64,000 nucleotides of DNA from NCBI GenBank assembly GCA_027036135.1, contig JALVSY010000007.1:1124880-1188879 (forward strand). Direction: 5' to 3'. Source of the stretch: Pyrodictiaceae archaeon (GTDB taxonomy: Archaea > Thermoproteota > Thermoprotei_A > Sulfolobales > Pyrodictiaceae). How positions within the stretch are numbered: the stretch's first letter is position 1; each line of letters opens with the position of its first letter. The notes under the pieces are model-generated. The model had not been told where the DNA came from and ran no database searches. It saw only the letters and a list, made by a program, of their open reading frames with translations. The position numbers and the translations under genes were made by a program. This document shows, piece after piece, positions 10,417-19,700 of this stretch.

Positions 10417-10565
10417 AACCTGTACATGGATAGAATTTATTGTTTACTCCCCTAGGTGGCTGCCTATTTAAAGAGAAACTATGAAGCTCAGCGAGGAAAG
10501 TCTTGGAGTAGTGAAAAAGCGCGGGGCTAAGAGGGTCCGACGGCTTGTCTGTCTAGGTCTCTTTC

Positions 10566-13500
10566 CTAGTGCTCTATTCTCTTCTTGAGCCCCCATGGCC
10601 ACCAAGCGCTGCGGCCTAGTATTGATACTACTATTGGTGTTAGTAGGTAGGATGCCATGAGTGCTGCCGTGAACACTGTGGTTGCTAGTGCGAAGCCTAG
10701 TTCTCTCATACCCGTGTTGCTCGCTGTCATTAGCATCGCGTAGGCCGTTGTTACTACCAGGGAGAGCCCGATTATGAATAGGCTTACGGCCCCGGAGGCC
10801 CGGATTACTGACTCCTTGGGTTTGCAGTTTGTCTTGTGGCACTCCTCTAGTGCTCTTGCTAGGAAGAAGCTGTTGTAGTCCATGCCTACGCCCATAACTG
10901 CTGCTAGTGTCACTATGTGCATGAACCATAGCATCTCTTTGCCGAACACGTATTTGAATAATAGTATGCTAGCCATTATGCCGGTCATGGCTGCGCCTAT
11001 TATTACTATTAGTGCCGCCACGCTTACCCAGAACCCGCCAAAGATTAGGGTAAACGCCAGTATCATCAATATGGCTGCGCCTGGTAGTACCCTGTGATAG
11101 AACTCACTAGTCAATATGTCATCCATCTCCAAGGTGGCATAGGGCGAGCCATCAACGTATACCCTCAGACCGTGGCTCTCAGCATAGGCGTGGGCTACGC
11201 GGTGGATCTCCCTAACTATCTTTTCTCCCTCCTTGCTATAGGGGTCTACACCTAGAATCACTTGTATCAACACTGTTCTGCCATCAGGGCTTGTGAATGC
11301 CTTGCCACCCATCTTGGCGGCGACTGTGGCGTTCGCTACTGGGCGGCCCATGGGCCTCATGGGGGCCATTACTGTCGCTACTTCCTTGATCTTGGCTATC
11401 GTGTCTACGAGCCCAGTTACTAGTTTCCATTCCTCGGGGCTACTCCATATACTCTTCTTTGTCTCCACTACAACGAATATTGGGTCGGTTATCCCTGCTT
11501 CGAACTTGGTGCTCATCACATGGAATGCTTTAAGCGCTGGGGCCTTCTCGGGCAGCATCAGCTTCATGTCGTGCGTGCCGTGGAAGGTTGCGTAGAAGTA
11601 CCCGGAGACAATTATCAGCGCTATCATTGCCCCAAGCACTATTTTCTCGTGACGCAGTAACGACTCCATTACCTTGCTGCGCCGCTCCACTACCTTTTCT
11701 CTCCGTGGTTTCCTCGGCCACCAGAACCATCGCTTGTCGCCGACAAGCGCTAGTAGTGCTGGTACGAGCGTGAGCGAGGCAGTTGCCGTAGCCGCTACTG
11801 CTATCGGTATTGCTTCGCCGAAGCCTCTTAAGAACGATATATCCCATGCTAGGAGGAGGCTACCGAAGCCAATGACTACTGTCGTGGCGCTCGCTACTAT
11901 TGCTAGCCCTGCTCTCTTGAGGCTTCTACGGGCAGCCTCTCTAGCGTTGCCTACTAGCGCGTATTCTTCCTTGAACCTATAGATTAGGTAGCCAGCATAG
12001 TCTGCTCCGAGACCGAGAGCAGTGGTTATCATGACGCTCTGTGTATTAGAGGAGAAGTCTATTATCCCGTGGCTAGCGGCTATGTAGACTATTGCTCCAC
12101 CAACGGCTAGGCCTAGTATGATACCGATGTAGGGCAAGAATACTGCGAAGAAGCTCTCGAGTAGCGCTAGTAACACTATGAATGTGCCTAGCTCGCTTAG
12201 CTTGGAGGTCTTCTCAGCATCCTTTATAGCGTACTGCCTTACTTGCTGGAGCACTATGTCCTCGCCAGTGATGTATATCTTGGCGCTTATACCGTGCCTT
12301 GATAGTAGCTTGGCCGTGACGTTGCCGACTGCCTCGATGTTCCGGGCTCTCTGCTCCTGGGTCTCGCCAAGCGGCACAACTATTATGCTGAAGGCCCTTA
12401 GATCCTTCGAGACCATTAGGCCCTTAGCCTCGCTTATGATCCTTGGGGCAACCGAGCCGAGTAGCACCTCGTTAGCCAGCTTCTCGGCGGCCTGCTCTAG
12501 GCTAGTCTGGTGCCTTGCTACCTGGATTGCTAGGCTGAGTAGCTCCTTCTCTATCCGTGGCGGCATGGTGGTGCCGTGTGGCTTCATCTTCTTGGCCTGC
12601 TCTGCTAAGAGCTGCTCAACTATCTTCCATTTCTCCTCGGCTGGTATGCCTGGCCCCTTCTCAACAACTATCTCTGCTAGCCTCTTCACCAGCGGTCTCA
12701 TCTCCTTGGGGGCTTTCTCGGTGCTCATGTTCACGAACATTCTCGCCACTAGCTCTCTAAGCGCAGAGGAGTTGTGGAGAACCATGGCTAGTTGCTCCGG
12801 CGTGAAGGGTATCTTGTGCCCCTGCTTCTCGGCGAGCCAGTATAGTGCCTCTATGGCTCTTGTCTCGTTGCTTGCCAGTACCCCCTTGGCCTCGGGGTCG
12901 AAGCGGGAGAGTAGGAGCACTATGGTCTTGGCTGTTTCCTCGCCCTTCTCCTCCCTTATCTTCTCGGAGAGTTTGTTGAGCGCGAGCTTCCTCAGATCGG
13001 AGTCCTTTGCATCGCCCTCGGCGAGCATTAGGGCTAGCTTCTCTACTAGCGCCTTGTCTAGTTTCTGGCCCTTCTGCGTAGCAGCCTTGTAGACTATGTC
13101 AGCGGCTAGCTCTGCAGCAAGGGTCTTGTTGGCCGCGATTCTACCCTCTGCATCGGGATCGGCGGTAGCGACTGCTCCTAGTATTGGCTTGGCTTTCTCC
13201 CCTGCCTTCTCAGCTACTAGTCCAAGCGCTATCTCTGCTAGCTCCTTCCTAGTCGGCTCAGGATGCTCTGAGAGGAGCCCTACCAGCCGTTCTACGAGGC
13301 TCTTCGGCGCCCCCATCTTCTCAAGAAACTCCCCAGCTGCCTTGACTGCAGTCGCCCAGCTTCTAGCCAGTGTATAGTTCGCCCAGGGGTCGTGCTTCAC
13401 GAGGAGACTAGCCAGCGCCATTGACATATTGGTTGGCAGGCCCTGCTTCTCGGCAGCCATCTGGGCTACTAGCCTTGCCACCTTCGCTGCGTCGAGTCTG

Positions 13501-14822
13501 CCCTCAACTGCTTCCTGGGCTAGTTCCCCGGCTAGCTGCTTTGGTATGTTCTTCGAGGCAAGCATATTGGCTAGCAGCGTTGCTGCCTCCTCCTTTGCGT
13601 GGCTCACGACTATCTGGGCGGCTTGCTCGCTTATGTTGCGCGCAATGCCTAGCACCATTAGCTGGGACCTTGCTGTGTTGTTCCCTAGTGCGTAGAGGCA
13701 TGTGAGGCAACTAATGTTGTGAGAGGCCTTGTAGGCGATGAGGCTCTGGTTCCAGGCCTGCCCCGCTACCACTAGGACGGGCTTTACCTCCGCGGAGGTT
13801 CTCTCGGAGAAAATCTTGGATGCGACTATTAGTGCTGCCTCGTCCGGGTTCTTGCCACTACTCACTAATTGCTTTACGAGCCGCCATGCTTCTAGTGCCT
13901 CGTTCCTTGGTAGTGGTGCTAGCTTGGGCGATACCTTGGATAAGTTGGTTATCTCGGTGTATGCTGTGTAGTTCCCGTCTAGCTTGTCTAGGTAGTAGTA
14001 GGCCCTTGTTACCTGCCACCAGGTGTAACCAAGCCCTTGCTCGATACTTGATACTAGTGACTCATTGCTATAGAGTGCTACAAGCCTCTTAGCGGCGCTA
14101 CTGATGTTTTGGTATAGCCCGCTATAGGCCCTATCCATTGCCTGGAGAGCTCTAGCTATCCTTGTGAGGTTACTTGCTAGCTCCCCCACCTTGTTAGTGA
14201 CCTCCACGTAGGCCTCGTCAAGGGCTATTACAGCGCCCATTGTCTTGTTCAGCGCGTCTCTCAGCGAGACTAGGCCTTTATAGGCCTCTACGTAGCCCTT
14301 ATCAGCCTCCATTACGCCGCGCAGGCTCTGGTTAAGCTGCTTCACCTGCTTCGAGGCATTAGCTAGTGCCTCTGCATACGCCTTATCCAACTGCTCTAGC
14401 GTGGTGTAAAGCTTTGCTGCGCCACTAGCTGTCTGGTTGAGCGCCCTGAGCACCTGGTAGTAGATCGTCTTATTGGTCTCTGCTAGTATAAGGGGCAATG
14501 CGTTAATCTTCGAGGCGTAGCGCCCCACCACGCTCTTGTTCAGCTCCACTCCTATCTTGGCGAGCTTTAGGAGCGTCGCGTTATCCTCAAGGTCGACGCC
14601 GTCCACTATTATTAGCCCAGTATGCGTCTCCTTGCCCGCACTAACTCTCTTCATGAGACTCATCGCTTTCATCGACTCACTGTTGCTTGGAAGAGTATAC
14701 ATCTGCTCCTTTATGACCTTGTGCAGGTTAACGAAGAGGGGGAAGGCTAGTGCGGCAACAATTATCCATACAACAACTACTACCCATGGTCTCCGTGTTA
14801 TCGCCTCAGCAAACCCCACCAC
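10566..14822 (-). CDS. MMPL-family (RND) transporter with very large extracellular insert
   Basis: GLGADYAGYLIYRFKEE and GVGMDYNSFFLARALEE motifs; two TM bundles; 1418 aa. Confidence 0.9.
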   Translation of the reverse strand: MVGFAEAITRRPWVVVVVWIIVAALAFPLFVNLHKVIKEQMYTLPSNSESMKAMSLMKRVSAGKETHTGLIIVDGVDLEDNATLLKLAKIGVELNKSVVGRYASKINALPLILAETNKTIYYQVLRALNQTASGAAKLYTTLEQLDKAYAEALANASKQVKQLNQSLRGVMEADKGYVEAYKGLVSLRDALNKTMGAVIALDEAYVEVTNKVGELASNLTRIARALQAMDRAYSGLYQNISSAAKRLVALYSNESLVSSIEQGLGYTWWQVTRAYYYLDKLDGNYTAYTEITNLSKVSPKLAPLPRNEALEAWRLVKQLVSSGKNPDEAALIVASKIFSERTSAEVKPVLVVAGQAWNQSLIAYKASHNISCLTCLYALGNNTARSQLMVLGIARNISEQAAQIVVSHAKEEAATLLANMLASKNIPKQLAGELAQEAVEGRLDAAKVARLVAQMAAEKQGLPTNMSMALASLLVKHDPWANYTLARSWATAVKAAGEFLEKMGAPKSLVERLVGLLSEHPEPTRKELAEIALGLVAEKAGEKAKPILGAVATADPDAEGRIAANKTLAAELAADIVYKAATQKGQKLDKALVEKLALMLAEGDAKDSDLRKLALNKLSEKIREEKGEETAKTIVLLLSRFDPEAKGVLASNETRAIEALYWLAEKQGHKIPFTPEQLAMVLHNSSALRELVARMFVNMSTEKAPKEMRPLVKRLAEIVVEKGPGIPAEEKWKIVEQLLAEQAKKMKPHGTTMPPRIEKELLSLAIQVARHQTSLEQAAEKLANEVLLGSVAPRIISEAKGLMVSKDLRAFSIIVVPLGETQEQRARNIEAVGNVTAKLLSRHGISAKIYITGEDIVLQQVRQYAIKDAEKTSKLSELGTFIVLLALLESFFAVFLPYIGIILGLAVGGAIVYIAASHGIIDFSSNTQSVMITTALGLGADYAGYLIYRFKEEYALVGNAREAARRSLKRAGLAIVASATTVVIGFGSLLLAWDISFLRGFGEAIPIAVAATATASLTLVPALLALVGDKRWFWWPRKPRREKVVERRSKVMESLLRHEKIVLGAMIALIIVSGYFYATFHGTHDMKLMLPEKAPALKAFHVMSTKFEAGITDPIFVVVETKKSIWSSPEEWKLVTGLVDTIAKIKEVATVMAPMRPMGRPVANATVAAKMGGKAFTSPDGRTVLIQVILGVDPYSKEGEKIVREIHRVAHAYAESHGLRVYVDGSPYATLEMDDILTSEFYHRVLPGAAILMILAFTLIFGGFWVSVAALIVIIGAAMTGIMASILLFKYVFGKEMLWFMHIVTLAAVMGVGMDYNSFFLARALEECHKTNCKPKESVIRASGAVSLFIIGLSLVVTTAYAMLMTASNTGMRELGFALATTVFTAALMASYLLTPIVVSILGRSAWWPWGLKKRIEH

Positions 14823-14915
14823 TCTACACCCGACTGGTCAGACTCCGACCCCTCGCTAGCAGATAAAACCCTTTCCCACAAGAACGTAGAAGGGGGGCAC
14901 GGAGCATCCGGGCCA

Positions 14916-15407
14916 ATGGGGGGACTAGCAACGAGCCAGGAAGTAGAATACCTAGAGAGAGCCGTAGAGATGAGGACAAGGTACATGGTACTACTACTCC
15001 TGGCAGAGGGGCCGAAGACAGGCTACGAGATAATCAAGAGGATAAGGGATCTATTATCAGAGATAGGGGGAGGTGCTAGTCCCGGCACGGTATACCCGGT
15101 TCTGCGGCGACTAGAGGAGGAGGGTCTCATAGAGGCAAGCGAGGAGCCCCACGGTGCTCGGCAGAGAAAGGTTTACAGAATAACGCCTCTCGGGATAGAG
15201 TACTTGATGAAGAGTGCTGAGAGGGCACTAAACGCCCTAGATATTGCTCTCAAGCTTCACCTAATCGCGATAAAGGGGATAAAGGAGCCCAGCGAGCTCT
15301 CCCCTATCCTCCGAGAACAATTGATACGCATTATAGAGAAACTCGAATCCATCAAGGCCAAGACAGAGGAGCTGATAAAGATATCAAAGAAGTTTCTTGC
15401 TACCTAG
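14916..15407 (+). CDS. PadR-family regulator, divergent from the MMPL gene
   Basis: GPKTGYEIIK...SPGTVYPVLRRLEEEGLI...RKVYRIT. Confidence 0.9.
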   Translation: MGGLATSQEVEYLERAVEMRTRYMVLLLLAEGPKTGYEIIKRIRDLLSEIGGGASPGTVYPVLRRLEEEGLIEASEEPHGARQRKVYRITPLGIEYLMKSAERALNALDIALKLHLIAIKGIKEPSELSPILREQLIRIIEKLESIKAKTEELIKISKKFLAT

Positions 15408-15534
15408 TCCAGGTACCTTCCTTAGTATTTTCGTGACTGTATTACATGCCCCGCTGTGCCAGGCTTGATACTTTTAGAAACTTTTAGAAAAGGAAGGGCG
15501 GCATTGTTTGTAGCTTTTTGTAATGGAGGGATAG

Positions 15535-16767
15535 GTGTTTAAGAGGCCTGGGCAGACAAGTCTTCACCCGGTTGCAGTGGTTATGTCGATTATCAGTGAG
15601 CCTAGGCCAGCGCCCTACATGCCGAGGCCCAGTAGCGATTACTTCGAGTTACCAGTGATAAAGGGAGCCCTTGAGGTAGCGGATGAACTCGGGTATAGGG
15701 AGGCCCTGGAGCACAGCTTGGAAGGGAGAGCTAGTACGGGAGACATTGTTGAGCTTTATCGTGCTCCTCTCTGGCTCATCGGTCTCATCGCCCGCGGAGT
15801 CGCCGATGCTATAACTGGTAGGCGTGTAGGCTATGTTGTCAACAAGATACTGAACTATACGAATGTCTGCGTCATTGGGTGCAAGTTCTGCGCCTTCTAC
15901 CGCCCGCCCCGGCACCCTGAGGCTTATCGCCTCAGCGTCGAGGAGGCAGTAGCCTCTGTCGTTGCCGACTGGGAGCGCTATCGCATAAGGCAGGTCCTCT
16001 TCCAGGGCGGCGTTGACCCGAGTATCCCGCTTGAGTACTTCGAGGAGGTCTTCCGGGGCATAAAGGAGCGCACGAGGGGCGAGGTAGCTATCCATGGGCT
16101 GAGCGCCGTTGAGATGGATTGGTACTCGCGTGCGTGGCGCATGAGTGTACGAGAGCTCGTCTCTAGGCTCATGGAGGCAGGACTCGATAGTGTACCGGGC
16201 GGCGGAGCCGAGATTCTTAGCCAGCGTGTCCGCGGCATCATTTCCCCGAGGAAGACTAGTGTTGATTCGTGGATAGCTGTGATGGATACTGTTATGTCTC
16301 TCGGGGTACCTGTCAGCGCTACGATGATGTATGGCCATGTTGAGACGTTGGCTGAGAGAGCTGAGCACCTTCTAAGAATACTAGAGCTTCAGAGGAGACG
16401 GGGACTAGTAATGGCCTTTATAGCGTGGAACTTCGAGCCAGGGAACACCGAGCTAGGCAAGCAGATACCCTTCCCCGCGGGAGGCACCGAGCTGTTAAGG
16501 AACGTAGCTGTCGCGCGGATAGTCTTCCGCCACGAGATCCCATGGATCCAAGCTGGGTGGCTGACAGCCGGGACCAGGCTTGGCCAAGTCTCCCTAGACT
16601 ATGGCGCGAATGACTGGGGCGGCACACTCTATGGGGAAAGAGTTCTACCAGCCGCGGGTGTTCCTCTGCCACGGCTTGTAAGAGAGAACATCGAGAGAGT
16701 CATTAGAGGCGCTGGCTATGAGCCCTATGAGCGTGATAACTGGTACCATCCAGTCAAGACGCCTTGA
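15535..16767 (+). CDS. mqnC: Cyclic dehypoxanthine futalosine synthase (radical SAM)
   Basis: NYTNVCVIGCKFCAF, FQGG, PGGGAEIL, AFIAWNFEPGNT, IQAGW; operon with mqnEAD. Confidence 0.85.
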   Translation: MFKRPGQTSLHPVAVVMSIISEPRPAPYMPRPSSDYFELPVIKGALEVADELGYREALEHSLEGRASTGDIVELYRAPLWLIGLIARGVADAITGRRVGYVVNKILNYTNVCVIGCKFCAFYRPPRHPEAYRLSVEEAVASVVADWERYRIRQVLFQGGVDPSIPLEYFEEVFRGIKERTRGEVAIHGLSAVEMDWYSRAWRMSVRELVSRLMEAGLDSVPGGGAEILSQRVRGIISPRKTSVDSWIAVMDTVMSLGVPVSATMMYGHVETLAERAEHLLRILELQRRRGLVMAFIAWNFEPGNTELGKQIPFPAGGTELLRNVAVARIVFRHEIPWIQAGWLTAGTRLGQVSLDYGANDWGGTLYGERVLPAAGVPLPRLVRENIERVIRGAGYEPYERDNWYHPVKTP

Positions 16768-17978
16768 TCAACAATGCTCCTGGGGTGCGGCTAGCAATGG
16801 TTCCTAGCCCTCCTAGGTGGCTCGTAAAGCTCGTAGAGGAGACGGGGTGCACAGCCCTAGAGAAGAGCATACACGGCGACCCCCTAGAGCCCCCCGAGAT
16901 AGAGAAGCTGATAACAAAGGTGCCATTCCACGTGCTCGCAGCAGCCGCGGACTACTATGCCCGCAAGACCCGGGGCAACCGGGGAAGTTTCACAATAAAC
17001 CTCTACGTGACATATACTAATGTATGCGTGACAGCGTGTAGTTTCTGCGCCTTCTACCGCCCACCCGGGCACCCAGAGGCCTATACAAGGAGCCCTGAGG
17101 AAGTAGCCCGCATTGTTAGAGAGGCGGCTGAGAAGCATAGGGTTCTCGAGATACACATGGTTGGCGGGAACAACCCCGAGCTCCCCCTAGACTACTATAC
17201 CAGGCTCATAAAACTGGTCAAGGAGGCTGCCCCCGGGGCTAGGCTCAAGGCATTCACAGCCGAAGAGATATGGTTCATAGCGAGGAACACCGGGCATAGC
17301 GTAACCGAGGTTCTTGAGACGTTTCGTGAGCTCGGGCTAGATGCGCTATCGGGTGGCGGCACGGAGATACTAGACGAGGAGGTTGAGAGGATTATTGCTC
17401 CCAGGAAGATTAGTCCCGGGGAGTATCTAAGGGTTCACGAGGAGGCTCACCGACTCGGGATAAGGAGCAACGTCATAATGATGTATGGGCATGTTGAGGA
17501 CCCTATACACGTTGCTAGGCACATATACCGTGTGAGGAGGCTAGAGGAGAGAGCCCCTGGCTTCATATCACTTATACCAGTGAGGTTCAACCCAGGCAAC
17601 ACGGCGCTCGGCAAGACGAGGCTCTATCGCGAAAAGGCCCGGCTCGACGGGGAGTACGACCTACGCATAGTTGCTGCCGCACGCCTAGCCCTCCTAGGCA
17701 GGATAGACAACATAGTAGCGTACTGGGTAAGCATGGGGGATAAGCTCGCCCAAGCAGCCCTGAGCCACGGCGCAAACGATCTCGGCGGCACGTTTTACAA
17801 CGAGGCAGTCATATCTGCTACCCATGGCCGTTCAACCGGGGGCAAGGAGCCGAGAGAGCTAGCATACATGCTGCTACAGGCTGGCTGGCAGCCCTGGGTA
17901 AGGGACACCTTCTACAACTATCTCTGGAGACCAGAATCATTCACCGCTCCATGGTTGTTGGAGGAGACAGCGCCTTGA
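16764..17978 (+). CDS. mqnE: Aminofutalosine synthase (radical SAM)
   Basis: TNVCVTACSFCAF, EIHMVGG, KAFTAEEI, IVAYWVSMG..LAQAAL. Confidence 0.85.
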   Translation: MINNAPGVRLAMVPSPPRWLVKLVEETGCTALEKSIHGDPLEPPEIEKLITKVPFHVLAAAADYYARKTRGNRGSFTINLYVTYTNVCVTACSFCAFYRPPGHPEAYTRSPEEVARIVREAAEKHRVLEIHMVGGNNPELPLDYYTRLIKLVKEAAPGARLKAFTAEEIWFIARNTGHSVTEVLETFRELGLDALSGGGTEILDEEVERIIAPRKISPGEYLRVHEEAHRLGIRSNVIMMYGHVEDPIHVARHIYRVRRLEERAPGFISLIPVRFNPGNTALGKTRLYREKARLDGEYDLRIVAAARLALLGRIDNIVAYWVSMGDKLAQAALSHGANDLGGTFYNEAVISATHGRSTGGKEPRELAYMLLQAGWQPWVRDTFYNYLWRPESFTAPWLLEETAP

Positions 17979-18772
17979 CGCTCTACATTACGCCTAGCTA
18001 TAGCTACGCCGCGCCACTCGAGAGGTGGCTAAGGCTACGAGGCCTAGAGACCCTCCCAGCACCACCCAGGGAAGCCCTAGGCCTTATCCAGGCAAACCGG
18101 GCCAGTGCAGGCATGGTGCCGCTTGGCTCACTCATAGGCATGGAGGATGTGAGGCCTTGCCCAGGCCCAATGGTGTATAGCGAGTACAGTACGCTGAGCG
18201 TAGCCATAGTCTCTAATACGGCTACAAGGCTGAGGGATTGCCCGAGGATAGCTGTCACGTCGGAGACGAGGACCAGTATACTATACCTACTAGCCGTACT
18301 AGACGAGCTCGGCACCGAGACCAGGGTTGTCCCAGCGAGCACTCATAGATACCAGGAGCTACTAGGCATGGCTCTCTGCGCCCTCGTCATAGGGGACGAG
18401 GCTCTACGAGCAATAGCTAGTGGTGCGAAAATAGTAGCTGACATGGGGGAGCTAGTCCGCGACGTCCTCGGAGCAAGGCCCGTGTACGCGGCAACAGCTG
18501 CGAAGAAGTGCCCCCCGGGGATAGCCGAGCCACCGTGGCCCAAGCCATCTTGGGAAGACGCTCTGCGAACTCATAAGAGGACGGGCCTAGACCCAGCTCT
18601 CTCCTGGCTCTACCACTACGAGCTACTCAAACTAGGATACGACCCAGCTGCACTGAGCGATGCTTTTTCACTTCTCCGCGATGCGGTTAGCGAGAAGCCC
18701 TGCCTCGTCCCAGGCAGTGCTATACGTAAGGCTTCTCGTGTCCCGGTTAGAGCAGGAGTGGGGAGAGGATAA
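17951..18772 (+). CDS. mqnA: Chorismate dehydratase (divergent)
   Basis: TSETRTSILYL and LVIGDEAL...DMGE motifs; position in mqn operon. Confidence 0.75.
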   Translation: MVVGGDSALTLYITPSYSYAAPLERWLRLRGLETLPAPPREALGLIQANRASAGMVPLGSLIGMEDVRPCPGPMVYSEYSTLSVAIVSNTATRLRDCPRIAVTSETRTSILYLLAVLDELGTETRVVPASTHRYQELLGMALCALVIGDEALRAIASGAKIVADMGELVRDVLGARPVYAATAAKKCPPGIAEPPWPKPSWEDALRTHKRTGLDPALSWLYHYELLKLGYDPAALSDAFSLLRDAVSEKPCLVPGSAIRKASRVPVRAGVGRG

Positions 18773-19617
18773 TGGCTATGGGGCGTGTACTTCGATTCGC
18801 TCATACACCCGACCCCGACGACGCGTATATGTTCTATGGCCTAGCTGTTGGCGCTGTAAGGGTTCCCGGGTTTAGCCGCGTCGAGCACATTGTTGAGGAC
18901 ATAGAGACGCTTAACAAGAGGCTCGTCGAGGAGGGATGGGTTGTAGAGGTTTCTGCTGCAAGCGCCCACGCCTACGCCTACATAGCGGATAGGTACTACT
19001 TGATGAGGAGCGGGGCGAGCATGGGCGAGGGCTATGGACCAGTACTGGTCTCCAAGGAGGAGCTTAGCGGCCTAAAGGGCAAGAGGGTGGCTGTGCCGGG
19101 GAAGTATACTAGCGCGCGTTTACTCCTCCTACTAGCTACTGGCGGTGGCTACGAGGAAGTCTTTGCCCGCTTCGACGAGATACCTGGCATGGTTCTACGA
19201 GGAGAGGTTGACGCGGGGCTATTGATACACGAGGCGCAGATAACCTATGAGGAGATGGGGCTAAGGCTCGTACTAAGTCTATGGGATTGGTGGAGAAGCA
19301 CAGTAGGCAACCTACCAATGCCACTGGGCGTCGATGTCGTCTACAAGGGGCTTGGTGAGGAGACTGCTAGGGCTATACGGGAGGCTTTGCAGGAGAGCAT
19401 AAGGTATGCTTGGAGAAACCACCGAGACGCCCTAGTCTATGCCTCTAGGTACTCCCGTGGGGCCTCGCTGGACCAGCTAGACAGGTTCGTGAAGATGTAT
19501 GTTAATGAGAGAACACTGGACATGGGCCAGGAGGGGATTAGGGCACACCAAGTCCTCTACGAGATGGCGTGGGAGAGGAGGCTCATACCCAGCCCCGTTG
19601 AGCCAGAGATAGTATAG
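18772..19617 (+). CDS. mqnD: 1,4-dihydroxy-6-naphthoate synthase
   Basis: HTPDPDDAYMFY, DIETLN, GASMGEGYGP, LLIHE, PLG, MYVNE. Confidence 0.9.
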   Translation: MAMGRVLRFAHTPDPDDAYMFYGLAVGAVRVPGFSRVEHIVEDIETLNKRLVEEGWVVEVSAASAHAYAYIADRYYLMRSGASMGEGYGPVLVSKEELSGLKGKRVAVPGKYTSARLLLLLATGGGYEEVFARFDEIPGMVLRGEVDAGLLIHEAQITYEEMGLRLVLSLWDWWRSTVGNLPMPLGVDVVYKGLGEETARAIREALQESIRYAWRNHRDALVYASRYSRGASLDQLDRFVKMYVNERTLDMGQEGIRAHQVLYEMAWERRLIPSPVEPEIV

Positions 19618-19668
19618 CTCTCGTGGTGTGTTCAACCAGTTTTGTTCCTGGGACAGGCTTTTGAGTCT

Positions 19669-19684
19669 CAGACTCTAGAGTCTG
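19669..19684. promoter_or_regulatory. Perfect 16-bp palindrome CAGACTCTAGAGTCTG, putative operator
   Basis: Ends 16 bp before the start of the ATPase/wHTH gene at 19701. Confidence 0.5.
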
Positions 19685-19700
19685 TACTCTGGGGCCTGTT

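Noticed and set aside
12178-13092. 304-aa + strand ORF, and similar long antisense ORFs (50474-51115, 15649-16368, 56407-56988)
   Set aside because: Shadow frames, mostly Ser-rich, opposite well-supported genes.
15470-15490. Tandem ACTTTTAGAA x2 upstream of mqnC
   Set aside because: Only two short units; could be a promoter element but is unsupported.
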